Shown one piece after another: positions 31,216 to 41,709 of a stretch of DNA of 64,000 bases. How positions within the stretch are numbered: position 1 is the first letter of the stretch; each line of letters opens with the position of its first letter. The DNA is from Cyanobacteriota bacterium. GTDB lineage: Bacteria > Cyanobacteriota > Cyanobacteriia > Thermostichales > Thermostichaceae. The position numbers and the translations under genes are program-made. The stretch is taken from the NCBI GenBank assembly GCA_033764955.1, contig JANRIL010000046.1, positions 24,486 through 88,485 of the forward strand. Reading direction: 5' to 3'. The notes under the pieces are model-generated. The model made no database searches, was not told the DNA's origin, and was given only the letters and a program-made list of their open reading frames with translations.

Positions 31216-31369
31216 GCGGGAGTTGCTAACCCATCAACGGAACCAGCGAGTTTGGTTGAAGCCGAGCTGCCTTTGCCCTTAAGCTAGATCCGATAGGATA
31301 CCGTTGTCCCCCGTTGCCATAGTTACCACAAACCCGATCCCGTGCTGTTACTCAAGGAAAAAATAGGTT

Positions 31370-31510
31370 ATGGATATCGATTTTCGTCCGGTCATTGTTT
31401 TAGGCCCGATTATTTTGGTAGTTGGCTGGGCGGCTTTTAACATTGCCAAAGCAGCCATCAAGGGAGAAGCCAAACTCTTCGGAGAGAAAGGCAATAACCC
31501 TTTTGCTTAA
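31370..31510 (+). CDS. psbY: Photosystem II protein Y (not in ORF track)
   Basis: MDIDFRPVIVLGPIILVVGWAAFNIAKAAI..., 46 aa. Confidence 0.85.
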   Translation: MDIDFRPVIVLGPIILVVGWAAFNIAKAAIKGEAKLFGEKGNNPFA

Positions 31511-31630
31511 CCCAAAAAGCTAAGCATTTCTTGCTGGTTTTTTGTCTAGAATATTTACTCTGCTCAGATATAGTTTTCTGAGCAGCTTTTTAGTCTTTCC
31601 CCTTTGCTCTGCTATTGGGATAGTTCCCTC

Positions 31631-34600
31631 ATGAAAGCGCCTCTACCTGCCAATGAACCGGAACGGTTAGCCGCCCTCCACAGCTATCGAATTTTGGATA
31701 CTCCCGCCGAGGCCGCTTTTGATGACATCACCCGCTTAGCCGCCGATATTTGTCAGACTCCTACCGCCCTGATCAGTTTGGTGGACGAAGATCGCCAATG
31801 GTTTAAGTCAAAGGTGGGTTTGGAGGCTAGCGAAACCAGCCGCGATCTGGCCTTTTGTGCTCATGCGATTTTGCAGGACGACCCTCTGGTTGTGGGGGAT
31901 GCCCTTGCGGATCCGCGATTTGCCGACAACAGCTTGGTGACGGATTCCCCAAACATTCGTTTTTATGCCGGAGTACCTATTACCACTCCCCAGGGGCTAG
32001 CGGTTGGCACCCTCTGCGTGCTTGACTATCAGCCCCGCCAGATTGAGGCGGAGCAGGTGGAGAAGCTGAAGGCGTTGTCCCGCCAGGTATCCGCTCAGTT
32101 AGAACTGCGAAAAAGCCTGGGAGAACTGGAAAAGGGATCCCCTATCTTGTCCAAAACCCCTCAGATCAAACCCAAAAGCTTTTTTGGTCGGGTGGGGGGG
32201 TGGTTAGGGGTGGCGGCCTTTTTTTTGCTGGGGGGAGGAGTAGCCTTTTATCACAGCGTTGAGGGTCTGATTGATACGAACCGCTCGGTTAAACACACCC
32301 ATCAGGTGATCGAAACCCTGGATGCGTTGCCAAGCCAGCTTTTGGATTTAGAATTGCTACAAAACCTTTATTTGCTCACCCAGGACGCCGCCTATCTCCA
32401 AGAATTTCCTGATAAACGGCAAGCCCTCCTCAACCAACTGGCTCAGATTAAGCCTTTGATTGCTGATAACCCTAGGCAGCAGCAGCAACTCACCCAACTG
32501 GAAGCACTGATTCAACAAGAAATCGCCTCTATTCAAGCCATTTTGGCTCTCTCTACCCCCCAACTGGCGGAGGCACGTGCCCAACGGATTGATCTGACAA
32601 TCCTACGGTTACGCCAACAGATCCAAGCCAAAATTGGGGAAATGCGGCAAGAGGAGTCCCGTCTGTTAGCACAACGAACCCGCATTTCTGAGCAAAACAC
32701 CCAGAATGCCATTGTTGCCTATAGCATCGGGATCCCACTCAATCTTTTGGTGTTATGGCTGGTCTATTGGCTGATCTATCGAGAACTGAAGGAACGCCGG
32801 CAAGCAGAATGGCAACTGCAAAAAGAGCGGGACTTTATCGCCGCCATCACCGACACCTCCGGGGCGCTCTTGGTGGTGTTGGATCCCTCTGGGCATATTG
32901 TGCGGTTTAACCAGGCTTGTGAACGGATGACGGGCTATAGTCTAGCGGAAGTAAAGGGACGCCTCCTCTGGGACTTAAAGCTAATTCCCCCTGCCGATAT
33001 CCCTGGGGTGAAGGCGGCTTTTCAGTCCCTCAATCTCCAATCGACATACGGACAGCACGAAAACACCTGGATCACCAAAGACGGAAAAACCCGTCATATC
33101 TCCTGGTTCAACACGATTATTTTTTCTGAAGATCAAACCCCCGAATTTATCATTGGGTCAGGCATTGATATCACCGAGCGCCAATGGGCGGAGCAAGAAC
33201 TCTATCGCCGTAACGAGTATCTGGGGATGTTGCATGAAACTACCCTGGCGCTACTCAACCGTCTTGATCTCTCCGAACTGCTAGAAGCGATTGTACAAAA
33301 GGCGCTCCGCCTACTGGATACCTCCCATGCCTACCTCGCTTTGCTAGAACCCGACGGTCAAACCATGCGGATCCAGATTGGGCAGGGCAACTTTACCCCC
33401 TATATAGGCAGTCGCTTTGATCAATCAAAGGGTATGGGAGGGCGGATCTGGCAATCGGGGGAGGTGTTGATGGTGCAGGACTATGAGCGCTGGCCAGGTC
33501 GTTCCCATCTCTATCAACCGGGATCCCTGCATGCCCTAGTCGGAGTGCCCCTCAAATCGGGATCCCAGGTGGTGGGCGTGCTGGGGGTTGCCCATAGCGA
33601 TCCGCTACGCCACTTTAGCCCCGAAGAAGTAGATATGCTCAGCCGTTTCGGGCAGTTGGCCTCCGTTGCCTATGACAATGCCCAACTTTATTCGGCGGTG
33701 CAACAGGAGTTAAGCGAGCGCAAGCGAGCGGAGATAGCCTTAGGAGAAAGCGAAGAACGCTACCGAGATTTATTTGAAAATGCCAATGATTTGATCCAAA
33801 GTGTCGCTATTGACGGCAGCTTTTTGTATGTGAATCGCGCCTGGAGAGAAACCTTAGGCTATAGCGAAGAGGAAATCGCCAGTCTAACTGTTTGGGATGT
33901 GGTTCATCCTGATCAGGCATCCCATTGTCAAGCGATATTTCAAAAGCTAGTGGAAGGAGAAAAAGTCGATCAGATCGAGACCAGTTTTGTTAGTAAACAA
34001 GGTCAAGAAATTCTGGTTGAAGGCAGTGCTAGCTGCAAGTTTTGGGCGGGCAAACCCTTTTCAACACGGGGCATCTTTCGGGATGTCACAGCTCGTAAGA
34101 TCGCGGATCAGGAATTGCAGCGTCAGGCAAAACGATCCCAATTATTAGCGGAAATAGCCCTCAAGATTCGCCGCTCTCTGCAACTGGATCATATTTTAGA
34201 AACTACCGTGCGAGAAGTCCAGAAAATTCTACAAACCGAACGAGTTTTGATCTATCAATTTCAAGCAGATGGCTCTGGTTTTGTGATCACCGAGTCGGTA
34301 CAATCAGGTTGGATGAGCTTATTGGGTCAGAAAATTTCGGATCCTTGTTTTCAATCCATGACCCACCTCTATGCCCAAGGACGGATCCGCGCGATTGATG
34401 ACATTCAAAAATCTGATATTCAAGATTGCCATAAAGAACTATTAGCCAGTTTTCAGGTAAAAGCCAATTTGGTTGTCCCCATTTTCTTGAAACATGAATT
34501 ATGGGGGTTATTGATTGCCCACCAATGCTCACGGGCTAGGCAGTGGCAACCCTTTGAAATTGAATTGTTACAACAGCTAGCCGATCAGGTGGATATTGCT

Positions 34601-36649
34601 TTAGCTCAAGCCAAGTTACTTGCTCAAGAAACCGAACAACGGCAAATTTTGGCTCAACAAAACCGTGAGTTGGAGCAAGCTCGCTGGCAGGCAGAAGAAG
34701 CCTCACGCGCCAAAAGTACCTTTTTAGCCACGATGAGCCATGAAATTCGTACCCCAATGAATGCTGTTTTGGGTATGACAGGCATTTTAATGGATACTCC
34801 TCTGACGGCGGAACAGCGAGATTTTGTGGAAACGATTCGCTCTAGTGGAGATGCTCTACTTACCTTAATCAATGAAATCTTAGATTTTTCTAAGCTAGAA
34901 GCGGGAGAGATGGAGATTGAGAAGCTCAACTTTAATCTCATTTTATGTCTGGAAGAGGTGATCGATCTGTTTGCTCCATTAGCCCAAAGTAAGAGACTAG
35001 AATTGGGTCTGATTATCAATCCTGATGTTCCTATCTACTTGCAGGGAGATATTTCTCGCCTCCGTCAGGTGTTAACCAATTTGGTGGGCAATGCCATTAA
35101 ATTTACCCATCAGGGGGAAGTTCTGTTACAGGTCAAGCTCATGGCTGAAACAGAGGCTACAGTGACCCTCGAACTTGCCGTGGCTGACACAGGTATCGGG
35201 ATCCCTACCGATGTTCAGGCTCGTTTGTTTCAACCCTTCAGCCAGGGGGATGCTTCCACCACCCGCAAGTATGGTGGCACCGGACTGGGGCTAGCCATTT
35301 CTCGTCAGTTAGTGGATCTGATGGGGGGATCCATTTGCCTGAAAAGTCGAGAAGGGGAAGGTAGCCGTTTTATCGTCAGTCTTACCTTTGAGAAACAGCC
35401 CCCCGGCAGCTTCTATCCTTCCCCCGCATCGTTAGCCACGGTCGATTTGCAAGGGATCCGTCTACTGGTGGTGGATGACAACGCTACCAACCGCAAGATC
35501 GTTCGCTATCAAGCCGGATCCTGGGGGATGATGGTCAACGAGGTCGAAAATGCTGAGGAGGCTATCGAGCAACTGCGCCGAGCCAGTCAAGCCGGATCCC
35601 CTTATGCGGTAGCCCTGATCGACATGCAGATGCCAGAGATGGATGGAGAAACATTGGGGCAGATGATCAAAGCTGATCCGCTGATTGCCAAGACTCCTCT
35701 GATCATGATGACCTCGATTGGTCTGCGGGAGGTCAGCCAGCGGGTCTTGGAGCAAGGATTTGCTGCCTATCTGACCAAACCCGTTAAACATACTAAGTTG
35801 CGAGAATGTCTCGCCTGTGTTCTCTCCCCCCATCTGCCCATTGGACAATCCCCGTCTGATGGGGCGGATCCCTCTCTACCTCCGCTGGTACACCATCTCC
35901 GCATTTTGGTGGCTGAGGATAATGTGGTTAACCAAAAAGTAGCCCTCCGCCAGTTAAAAACCCTTGGCTATCAGGCCGATATGGTCGCCAATGGACAGGA
36001 GGCTCTCGATCTGTTGGGGAAACTTGCTTATGACATCGTTCTGATGGACTGTCAGATGCCCATTATGGATGGCTACACCGCCACCCAACGCATTCGCCAA
36101 CAGGAAGGTTCGGACCGCCACACCGTGATTATTGCCATGACCGCCAATGCCATGAAGGAAGATCGAGATCAGTGCCTAGCCGTTGGCATGGATGACTACA
36201 TCAGCAAGCCCGTCTCGCGGGAGATGTTAGCAGCCACCCTGAATCGTTGGGGGCAGTATCTCCACCACCACTCCCCTCAGCCCAGCCCGCCCGCCCCCCC
36301 CGATGCAGCTCCCGCCTCCCCTCAGCCCATCAATATCCAGCAACTCCAACAGATCTCCGGCGGGGATCCTGACTTTGAGCGGGAAGTGCTACAGGTTTTT
36401 TTATCCGACAGTCAAATTCAACTGCGTACCGCTCAAGAGTTCCGGCTTGCCCAAGATGCCCAAGCCCTTGCCCAACTCGCCCACCGCCTGAAAGGAGCTA
36501 GTTCTAGCATCGGAGCCACCACCATTAGCGCCCTTGCCGCTGAGCTAGAACAACAAGCCAAGTCAAATCACCTAGAAAAAGTGGCCGAACTCCTCCAAAA
36601 ACTGCACATCGCCCTATCGGATATTGATCACTTTGTTACCTATCACTAA
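31631..36649 (+). CDS. Hybrid sensor kinase: GAF-TM-CHASE3-TM-PAS-GAF-PAS-CBCR GAF-HisKA-HATPase-REC-REC-HPt
   Basis: N-terminal GAF (FCAHAI), two TM segments, PAS motifs, DPCF/DCH bilin GAF, MSHEIRTPMN, GGTGLGL, two receivers, AHRLKGAS HPt. Confidence 0.92.
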   Translation: MKAPLPANEPERLAALHSYRILDTPAEAAFDDITRLAADICQTPTALISLVDEDRQWFKSKVGLEASETSRDLAFCAHAILQDDPLVVGDALADPRFADNSLVTDSPNIRFYAGVPITTPQGLAVGTLCVLDYQPRQIEAEQVEKLKALSRQVSAQLELRKSLGELEKGSPILSKTPQIKPKSFFGRVGGWLGVAAFFLLGGGVAFYHSVEGLIDTNRSVKHTHQVIETLDALPSQLLDLELLQNLYLLTQDAAYLQEFPDKRQALLNQLAQIKPLIADNPRQQQQLTQLEALIQQEIASIQAILALSTPQLAEARAQRIDLTILRLRQQIQAKIGEMRQEESRLLAQRTRISEQNTQNAIVAYSIGIPLNLLVLWLVYWLIYRELKERRQAEWQLQKERDFIAAITDTSGALLVVLDPSGHIVRFNQACERMTGYSLAEVKGRLLWDLKLIPPADIPGVKAAFQSLNLQSTYGQHENTWITKDGKTRHISWFNTIIFSEDQTPEFIIGSGIDITERQWAEQELYRRNEYLGMLHETTLALLNRLDLSELLEAIVQKALRLLDTSHAYLALLEPDGQTMRIQIGQGNFTPYIGSRFDQSKGMGGRIWQSGEVLMVQDYERWPGRSHLYQPGSLHALVGVPLKSGSQVVGVLGVAHSDPLRHFSPEEVDMLSRFGQLASVAYDNAQLYSAVQQELSERKRAEIALGESEERYRDLFENANDLIQSVAIDGSFLYVNRAWRETLGYSEEEIASLTVWDVVHPDQASHCQAIFQKLVEGEKVDQIETSFVSKQGQEILVEGSASCKFWAGKPFSTRGIFRDVTARKIADQELQRQAKRSQLLAEIALKIRRSLQLDHILETTVREVQKILQTERVLIYQFQADGSGFVITESVQSGWMSLLGQKISDPCFQSMTHLYAQGRIRAIDDIQKSDIQDCHKELLASFQVKANLVVPIFLKHELWGLLIAHQCSRARQWQPFEIELLQQLADQVDIALAQAKLLAQETEQRQILAQQNRELEQARWQAEEASRAKSTFLATMSHEIRTPMNAVLGMTGILMDTPLTAEQRDFVETIRSSGDALLTLINEILDFSKLEAGEMEIEKLNFNLILCLEEVIDLFAPLAQSKRLELGLIINPDVPIYLQGDISRLRQVLTNLVGNAIKFTHQGEVLLQVKLMAETEATVTLELAVADTGIGIPTDVQARLFQPFSQGDASTTRKYGGTGLGLAISRQLVDLMGGSICLKSREGEGSRFIVSLTFEKQPPGSFYPSPASLATVDLQGIRLLVVDDNATNRKIVRYQAGSWGMMVNEVENAEEAIEQLRRASQAGSPYAVALIDMQMPEMDGETLGQMIKADPLIAKTPLIMMTSIGLREVSQRVLEQGFAAYLTKPVKHTKLRECLACVLSPHLPIGQSPSDGADPSLPPLVHHLRILVAEDNVVNQKVALRQLKTLGYQADMVANGQEALDLLGKLAYDIVLMDCQMPIMDGYTATQRIRQQEGSDRHTVIIAMTANAMKEDRDQCLAVGMDDYISKPVSREMLAATLNRWGQYLHHHSPQPSPPAPPDAAPASPQPINIQQLQQISGGDPDFEREVLQVFLSDSQIQLRTAQEFRLAQDAQALAQLAHRLKGASSSIGATTISALAAELEQQAKSNHLEKVAELLQKLHIALSDIDHFVTYH

Positions 36650-36811
36650 CTCCCTTCCCTGCAACAAACAGGGGTTCCCCTCCCTCCACAATTCTTGACG
36701 GGATCCCGTGCTTACCCTATGCTCAAGGCACCGCAGCATGGGGTTAGAAGGATTGTATTGTTCGGTGTGAGGATCACTGCATTTATGATCAGAGCTTGTT
36801 GGAACCAACGG

Positions 36812-37516
36812 ATGAGAAAAGCTAGTTTGCCCCTCCTGGCTGGATTGGCAGGGCTATCGGTGGCTATGGGTGGCTGTGGAGGCGATAGTGGCGGGGGATC
36901 CGCGCTTCCTCCCACAACGGCTCCGTTTGTGGATCCCTGCCAAGATATCAGTCCTTTTAGTGAACTATCCACCCAAGATTTGGAATCGATTCGCTTGACG
37001 GAGACCCGTCCTTCGGTCACGGGATCCCTGGATGCCAGCCTGAGTGGGCCAGTGGATTCGGCCTTTTCGTTTGATGACAATGGTAATGTGATCGAGGCGG
37101 ATCCCAACGATTTCTTCTGGTTTTTTGATACTTACATCATTACCCCAACAGATCCGGCGACGGAGTCGGTCACCATTGAGTTAAACAGTGATGACTTTGA
37201 CGCCCTCTTGGGCATTATTGATTTTCCCAACGGGGAAGTGATTGATATTGTCAACGACGACCGAGCGGAGGGCAATACCAATTCCTTGCTGACGATTCCG
37301 GTAGAACCAGGGGTGTGCTACGGCATCTTTGTCCAGAGTTTCTGGGCGGCAAATGCGACGGCGGATGCTCCCGGTAGCCCTGGACTGGGAGCCTACACGT
37401 TGGCGGTGACGGAGATCTTTAGCACCGTACCTCCCACTCCCCCTCCGCGCACACCCAAGCCTGCGGATCCCGATCGAGGGGGCAATGGCGAAGGCGGCGG
37501 CGGCGGTGGCATTTAA
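36812..37516 (+). CDS. Lipoprotein with a PPC-like beta-sandwich domain
   Basis: Lipobox MGGC; FD.Y, L.S.DFDA.L, NDD...TNS and G.YTL motifs. Confidence 0.65.
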   Translation: MRKASLPLLAGLAGLSVAMGGCGGDSGGGSALPPTTAPFVDPCQDISPFSELSTQDLESIRLTETRPSVTGSLDASLSGPVDSAFSFDDNGNVIEADPNDFFWFFDTYIITPTDPATESVTIELNSDDFDALLGIIDFPNGEVIDIVNDDRAEGNTNSLLTIPVEPGVCYGIFVQSFWAANATADAPGSPGLGAYTLAVTEIFSTVPPTPPPRTPKPADPDRGGNGEGGGGGGI

Positions 37517-37531
37517 TTTTCTCGCCTGATC

Positions 37532-40207
37532 ATGCCCTATTCCCTTTACTGCCAGGTGAATGGTCGGGAGCATCGCTCCACCTCTGCCGCTGGCACCACA
37601 TTGCTCTCCCTCTTGCGCCAGTGGGGCTATGCGGGGGTACATCGGGCTTGCGAGTCGGGGGATTGTGGGGCTTGTACGGTTTGGCTAGGGGGAGAGGCCA
37701 TCCATAGCTGCCTTTATCCGGCTGTGCGGCTGGCCGGACAGCCCATCACAACCATCGAGGGCTTGGGGAGCCCAGAGCAACTGCACCCCATGCAGCAGGC
37801 TTTTTTGGCGGGTCAGGGCTTTCAGTGTGGCTTTTGTACTCCCGGCATGATTATGACTGCCTGCCAGTGGTCAACGGGTCGGGATCCCGCTATCTCCGAT
37901 CCAGAAGTCGCCCTACGGGATAGTCTGCGGGGCAATCTCTGCCGCTGCACTGGCTATCAAGCGATTGTGGAAAGCATTCTTTCGCCGCCCACCCAGCCGG
38001 AGGGGGATCCCTCTCACCCCGTCGGAAAAAATATCCCCAAGCAGGATGGGGTCAAGTTGGTGACGGGTCAGCCCGCCTACACCGCCGATTGGCAGCCGGA
38101 GGGGTTGCTTCATCTAAAAGTGTTGCGTTCTCCCCATCCCCACGCCCGCCTTCGCCATATCAATACTGAGTCTGCCCGCTCCCTACCGGGGGTGCATGGC
38201 GTCTTTACCTATGCTGATGTGCCCCGTCACCCCTATACCACCGCCGGACATGCGGATCCGGTGCCGGATCCCTTGGATCACTATCTGCTGGATAACAAGG
38301 TGCGTTTTGTCGGGGATCGGGTGGCTGCCGTGGTGGCCGAATCCGTAGCCATCGCTGAGGCTGCCTGTCGGCTGATCGAAGTGGACTATGAACTCTTGCC
38401 CTTTGTCACCGAGCCGGAGGGGGCTTTTACCGGATCTGTGATTCACGATGAGCCGGACTCTCGCCAGATTGCGGATCCCGACCACAACATTTCTGGGCGC
38501 GTCACCTTTAGTCAGGGGGATATTAGTGAAGGCTTTGCTCAGGCTGATCTGATCGTCGAAAACACCTATCAGGTCCCGGCGGTTCAGCATAGCCACCTAG
38601 AACCCCATGTCAGCATCAGTTGGCTGGATGAACAGGGTCACCTGGTGATTCGCTCCAGTACACAAGTCCCCTTTCACGCCCAGCGCATCCTGGCGGGGAT
38701 CCTAGAGATGCCGATGGAGAAGATTCGCGTCTATAAACCCAACATGGGCGGTGGGTTTGGCAACAAACAGGAGATATTGACCGAAGATCTCTGTGCTTGG
38801 GCTACCCTCAAAACGGGTCGTCCGGTGCAGTGGGAACTCACTCGCCAGGAGGAATTTAGTGCCACCAACAGTCGCCATGCTATGACGATTCGCCTAAAAA
38901 CGGGGGTGAAAACGGATGGAACCCTACTGGCTCAAGAGATGGTGGTCTTGGGTAATACAGGAGCCTATGGCAATCATGGCCAGACAGTAGTTTTTCTGGC
39001 GGGCTATATCCCCTTAGGGCTGTATCGCTGTCCCCATCGCCAGTTTCGCGGCTATGCCGTCTATACCAACACCATGCCCGCTGGAGCTTTCCGTGGCTAC
39101 GGAGCCACTCAGGGCACCTTTGCTATGGAAGTCCAGATGGATGAAATTGCCCAGCGCTTGGGTCTGGATCCCCTGCAATTTCGGCAAAAGAATTTGATCC
39201 AACCAGGGGATCCCCTGACGATGGGGCGCAGCGATGACCACTTTAACCTGATTGGTAGCTATGGCCTAGCGGAATGTTTGGCACAGGTGAGTCAGGCTTT
39301 AGGATATCAACCGGGGCAGGCTCCCTTTGCCGAGGGATCCCGGTCACGCGGGGTGGGGTTTGCGGTATCGATGCAGGGAAGCGGGCTCTCCAAGATTCAT
39401 CAGGCTGGTGCGGAGTTGTCTCTGGAGGCGAACGGACGCTTTTTGTTGAAGTCGGGATCCGTGGATGTGGGAACGGGATCCGATACCACCCTGCGGCAGA
39501 TTGCGGCTCAGGTTTTGGGGGTGCGGGTAGGGGATATTGACCTGATCACAGCCGATACCCTTCTCACCCCTTTTGATGCCGGATCCTATGCCTCGGCCAC
39601 CCTCTACATTTCTGGACAAGCCGTCAAACAGGCGGCAGAGCAACTCAGTCAGCAGATTTTGGAGGCGGGCTGGCCATCAATAGCCGCGGCACGAGCCAGT
39701 GGACAAACCTGGCAAGCCCGTTCCGACTATCGGGCGGAAGAATCCACCCTCACCTTTGCCGTCCAAGGGGTAGAAGTCGAGGTGGATCGACAAACGGGAC
39801 AGGTGAAGCTGTTGCGCTGTGTGCAAGCTATCGATCTGGGGCAAGCCATCAATCCACGTATCTGTCAGGGACAGGCAACCGGAGGGATTGCCATGGGCAT
39901 TGGCTATGCCCTAACGGAAGCCTTGATCTGGGATGAGCAGGCTCAGATCCTCAACCCTGGCTTTCGCTTTTACCGGATCCCGACAGCCGCCGATATGCCC
40001 CCCATGCAGGTGTTTTTGATCGAAAAACCGGATCCCTACGGTCCGTTTGGAGCAAAAGGCGTGGGAGAGATTACTACCAATTGCACCGCTCCTGCCATTG
40101 CCAACGCGATTGCCCATGCCACTGGCGTGCGACTGCGCCAACTGCCCATCACCCCCCAGCGGGTTTGGCAGGCGTTAGTGACATCCCCTGTTTCAGGACT
40201 GAAATAA
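37532..40207 (+). CDS. Xanthine dehydrogenase / aldehyde oxidoreductase family, fused 2Fe-2S + molybdopterin subunit
   Basis: C..GDCGAC, QCGFCTPG, NLCRCTGY, GGGFG, AFRGYG and GAKGVGE motifs. Confidence 0.9.
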   Translation: MPYSLYCQVNGREHRSTSAAGTTLLSLLRQWGYAGVHRACESGDCGACTVWLGGEAIHSCLYPAVRLAGQPITTIEGLGSPEQLHPMQQAFLAGQGFQCGFCTPGMIMTACQWSTGRDPAISDPEVALRDSLRGNLCRCTGYQAIVESILSPPTQPEGDPSHPVGKNIPKQDGVKLVTGQPAYTADWQPEGLLHLKVLRSPHPHARLRHINTESARSLPGVHGVFTYADVPRHPYTTAGHADPVPDPLDHYLLDNKVRFVGDRVAAVVAESVAIAEAACRLIEVDYELLPFVTEPEGAFTGSVIHDEPDSRQIADPDHNISGRVTFSQGDISEGFAQADLIVENTYQVPAVQHSHLEPHVSISWLDEQGHLVIRSSTQVPFHAQRILAGILEMPMEKIRVYKPNMGGGFGNKQEILTEDLCAWATLKTGRPVQWELTRQEEFSATNSRHAMTIRLKTGVKTDGTLLAQEMVVLGNTGAYGNHGQTVVFLAGYIPLGLYRCPHRQFRGYAVYTNTMPAGAFRGYGATQGTFAMEVQMDEIAQRLGLDPLQFRQKNLIQPGDPLTMGRSDDHFNLIGSYGLAECLAQVSQALGYQPGQAPFAEGSRSRGVGFAVSMQGSGLSKIHQAGAELSLEANGRFLLKSGSVDVGTGSDTTLRQIAAQVLGVRVGDIDLITADTLLTPFDAGSYASATLYISGQAVKQAAEQLSQQILEAGWPSIAAARASGQTWQARSDYRAEESTLTFAVQGVEVEVDRQTGQVKLLRCVQAIDLGQAINPRICQGQATGGIAMGIGYALTEALIWDEQAQILNPGFRFYRIPTAADMPPMQVFLIEKPDPYGPFGAKGVGEITTNCTAPAIANAIAHATGVRLRQLPITPQRVWQALVTSPVSGLK

Positions 40208-41032
40208 CCGAGAATACAGACTTTGATGCTGTTGGCAATCGCGTTCATGGAGAGGAGCAAAAGCAGAGAAGGTCAGCCCACTATTGATCCGGCTGAAGGG
40301 ATCCAGACGATCGTCTGAAGTTAATAAATCGAAGCCTAAATCGAAACCTAATAAATCCATAGGATCCCCATCAGGGGAACGACTGGCTAGGATTTTTTCT
40401 GCCAGAGCATGGAGCGGGTGATGCAAGCGGATCACTATCGATTGACCTTGACTATGACCGAGGGGCACTAAACGAACTGCCGCAGACACCAAGCTCACTA
40501 CTTGACTAAACAGATAGGCATGCAGGGTAGAGGCGAGAGGGATCCCAACTTGACCGCCGATCCACCCAAACACCAAACAGTGATGCCACTCCTGCGGCTG
40601 TCCGGCTACTTCTTGTCTAGGACGGGGTGGTTCAAGTCTCCAGACCTTTTCTGCAAGCTGAAGCAAGCGATGCCCCAACTGCAAACTGGCTTGACGGGTT
40701 TCTTTAGGCCAACGATTGGCCGACAGCCAAGCCTGCCATTGCGCCAATCTATCGGCATTTCTCTGAGCAGCACAGTGGTGGGCAATCCCACACAAATTTC
40801 CCTCCAGACAACCCAAGCTAGACGACAACAACCCCTGGATATAGAGAAATACCTCTTCCTCAGAAGCTAGTTGTCCTGCTTGAACAGCCGTCTCCAAACC
40901 CCAAGAGTGGGAATAGCCCCCGATGGGCAAAGCCGAGTCAGTCAGTTGCAATAAAAGCAAGAACGGGTCAAGAAAGTGATCTCCCCCAGAATCAACGGGG
41001 ATGCCGGGGGGATGCGCTAGGAACATATTCAA
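40193..41032 (-). CDS. ureF: Urease accessory protein UreF
   Basis: DSALPIGGYSHSWGLE, AAVRLVPLG and C-terminal YSRLFQS. Confidence 0.9.
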   Translation of the reverse strand: MNMFLAHPPGIPVDSGGDHFLDPFLLLLQLTDSALPIGGYSHSWGLETAVQAGQLASEEEVFLYIQGLLSSSLGCLEGNLCGIAHHCAAQRNADRLAQWQAWLSANRWPKETRQASLQLGHRLLQLAEKVWRLEPPRPRQEVAGQPQEWHHCLVFGWIGGQVGIPLASTLHAYLFSQVVSLVSAAVRLVPLGHSQGQSIVIRLHHPLHALAEKILASRSPDGDPMDLLGFDLGFDLLTSDDRLDPFSRINSGLTFSAFAPLHERDCQQHQSLYSRLFQS

Positions 41033-41133
41033 AACATCATAGGGATGGATTGGGAATAGTTGAAGATTAGCTGGCCATATTAGCCGATTACATTCGCTCC
41101 CTTAGTCATGGGCTAATGATGACTAATCACAAG

Positions 41134-41709
41134 CTAATGGTGGGGACGAATTAGTCCATACCCGCCGTGGTTGCGTTCATAAATCACATTGATCTCTTGG
41201 GTGTCAATATTGCGAAAAACAAAGAAGTCGTGATCCACTAGTTCTAATTGATGCAAAGCCTCATCCACAGTCATTGGGGGCATAGCAAAGTATTTAGTGC
41301 GAATCACTTCGGGTGGTAGCTCAACTTCTCGCTCCAAATTGGGCTGAGGAGTTACCGGCTGCTGAGTAACCAAAATCGAGGTTTTAGGTGTCTGTTTGGC
41401 TCGATGAATTCCATTGCGCTCCTTAAATTTTCTTAATTGACGAGCAATTTTATCAGCCACACGGTCAATGCTAGCATACATATTTTCGCTGCTTTCTTCA
41501 GCTCGAATAACTGTTCCATTCGCGTATAAAGTGACCTCAGCCGATTGACAAGCACTAATTCGAGGGTTTCGTTCTACCGAAAGATTGATATCAACCTCAC
41601 TAGCTATTTGCGAAAAATGACTTACAGCACGCTCAATTTTTTCACTTACATAGTCGCGTATAGCATCCGTAATATCAACATTCTTCCCTTGAATCACTAG
41701 CTTAGTCAT
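41134..41709 (-). CDS. lrtA: Ribosome hibernation promoting factor (long HPF, LrtA)
   Basis: MYASID.V.DK..RQLRK.K and [12 protein letters not shown]...L.LVDHDF motifs. Confidence 0.93.
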   Translation of the reverse strand: MTKLVIQGKNVDITDAIRDYVSEKIERAVSHFSQIASEVDINLSVERNPRISACQSAEVTLYANGTVIRAEESSENMYASIDRVADKIARQLRKFKERNGIHRAKQTPKTSILVTQQPVTPQPNLEREVELPPEVIRTKYFAMPPMTVDEALHQLELVDHDFFVFRNIDTQEINVIYERNHGGYGLIRPHH

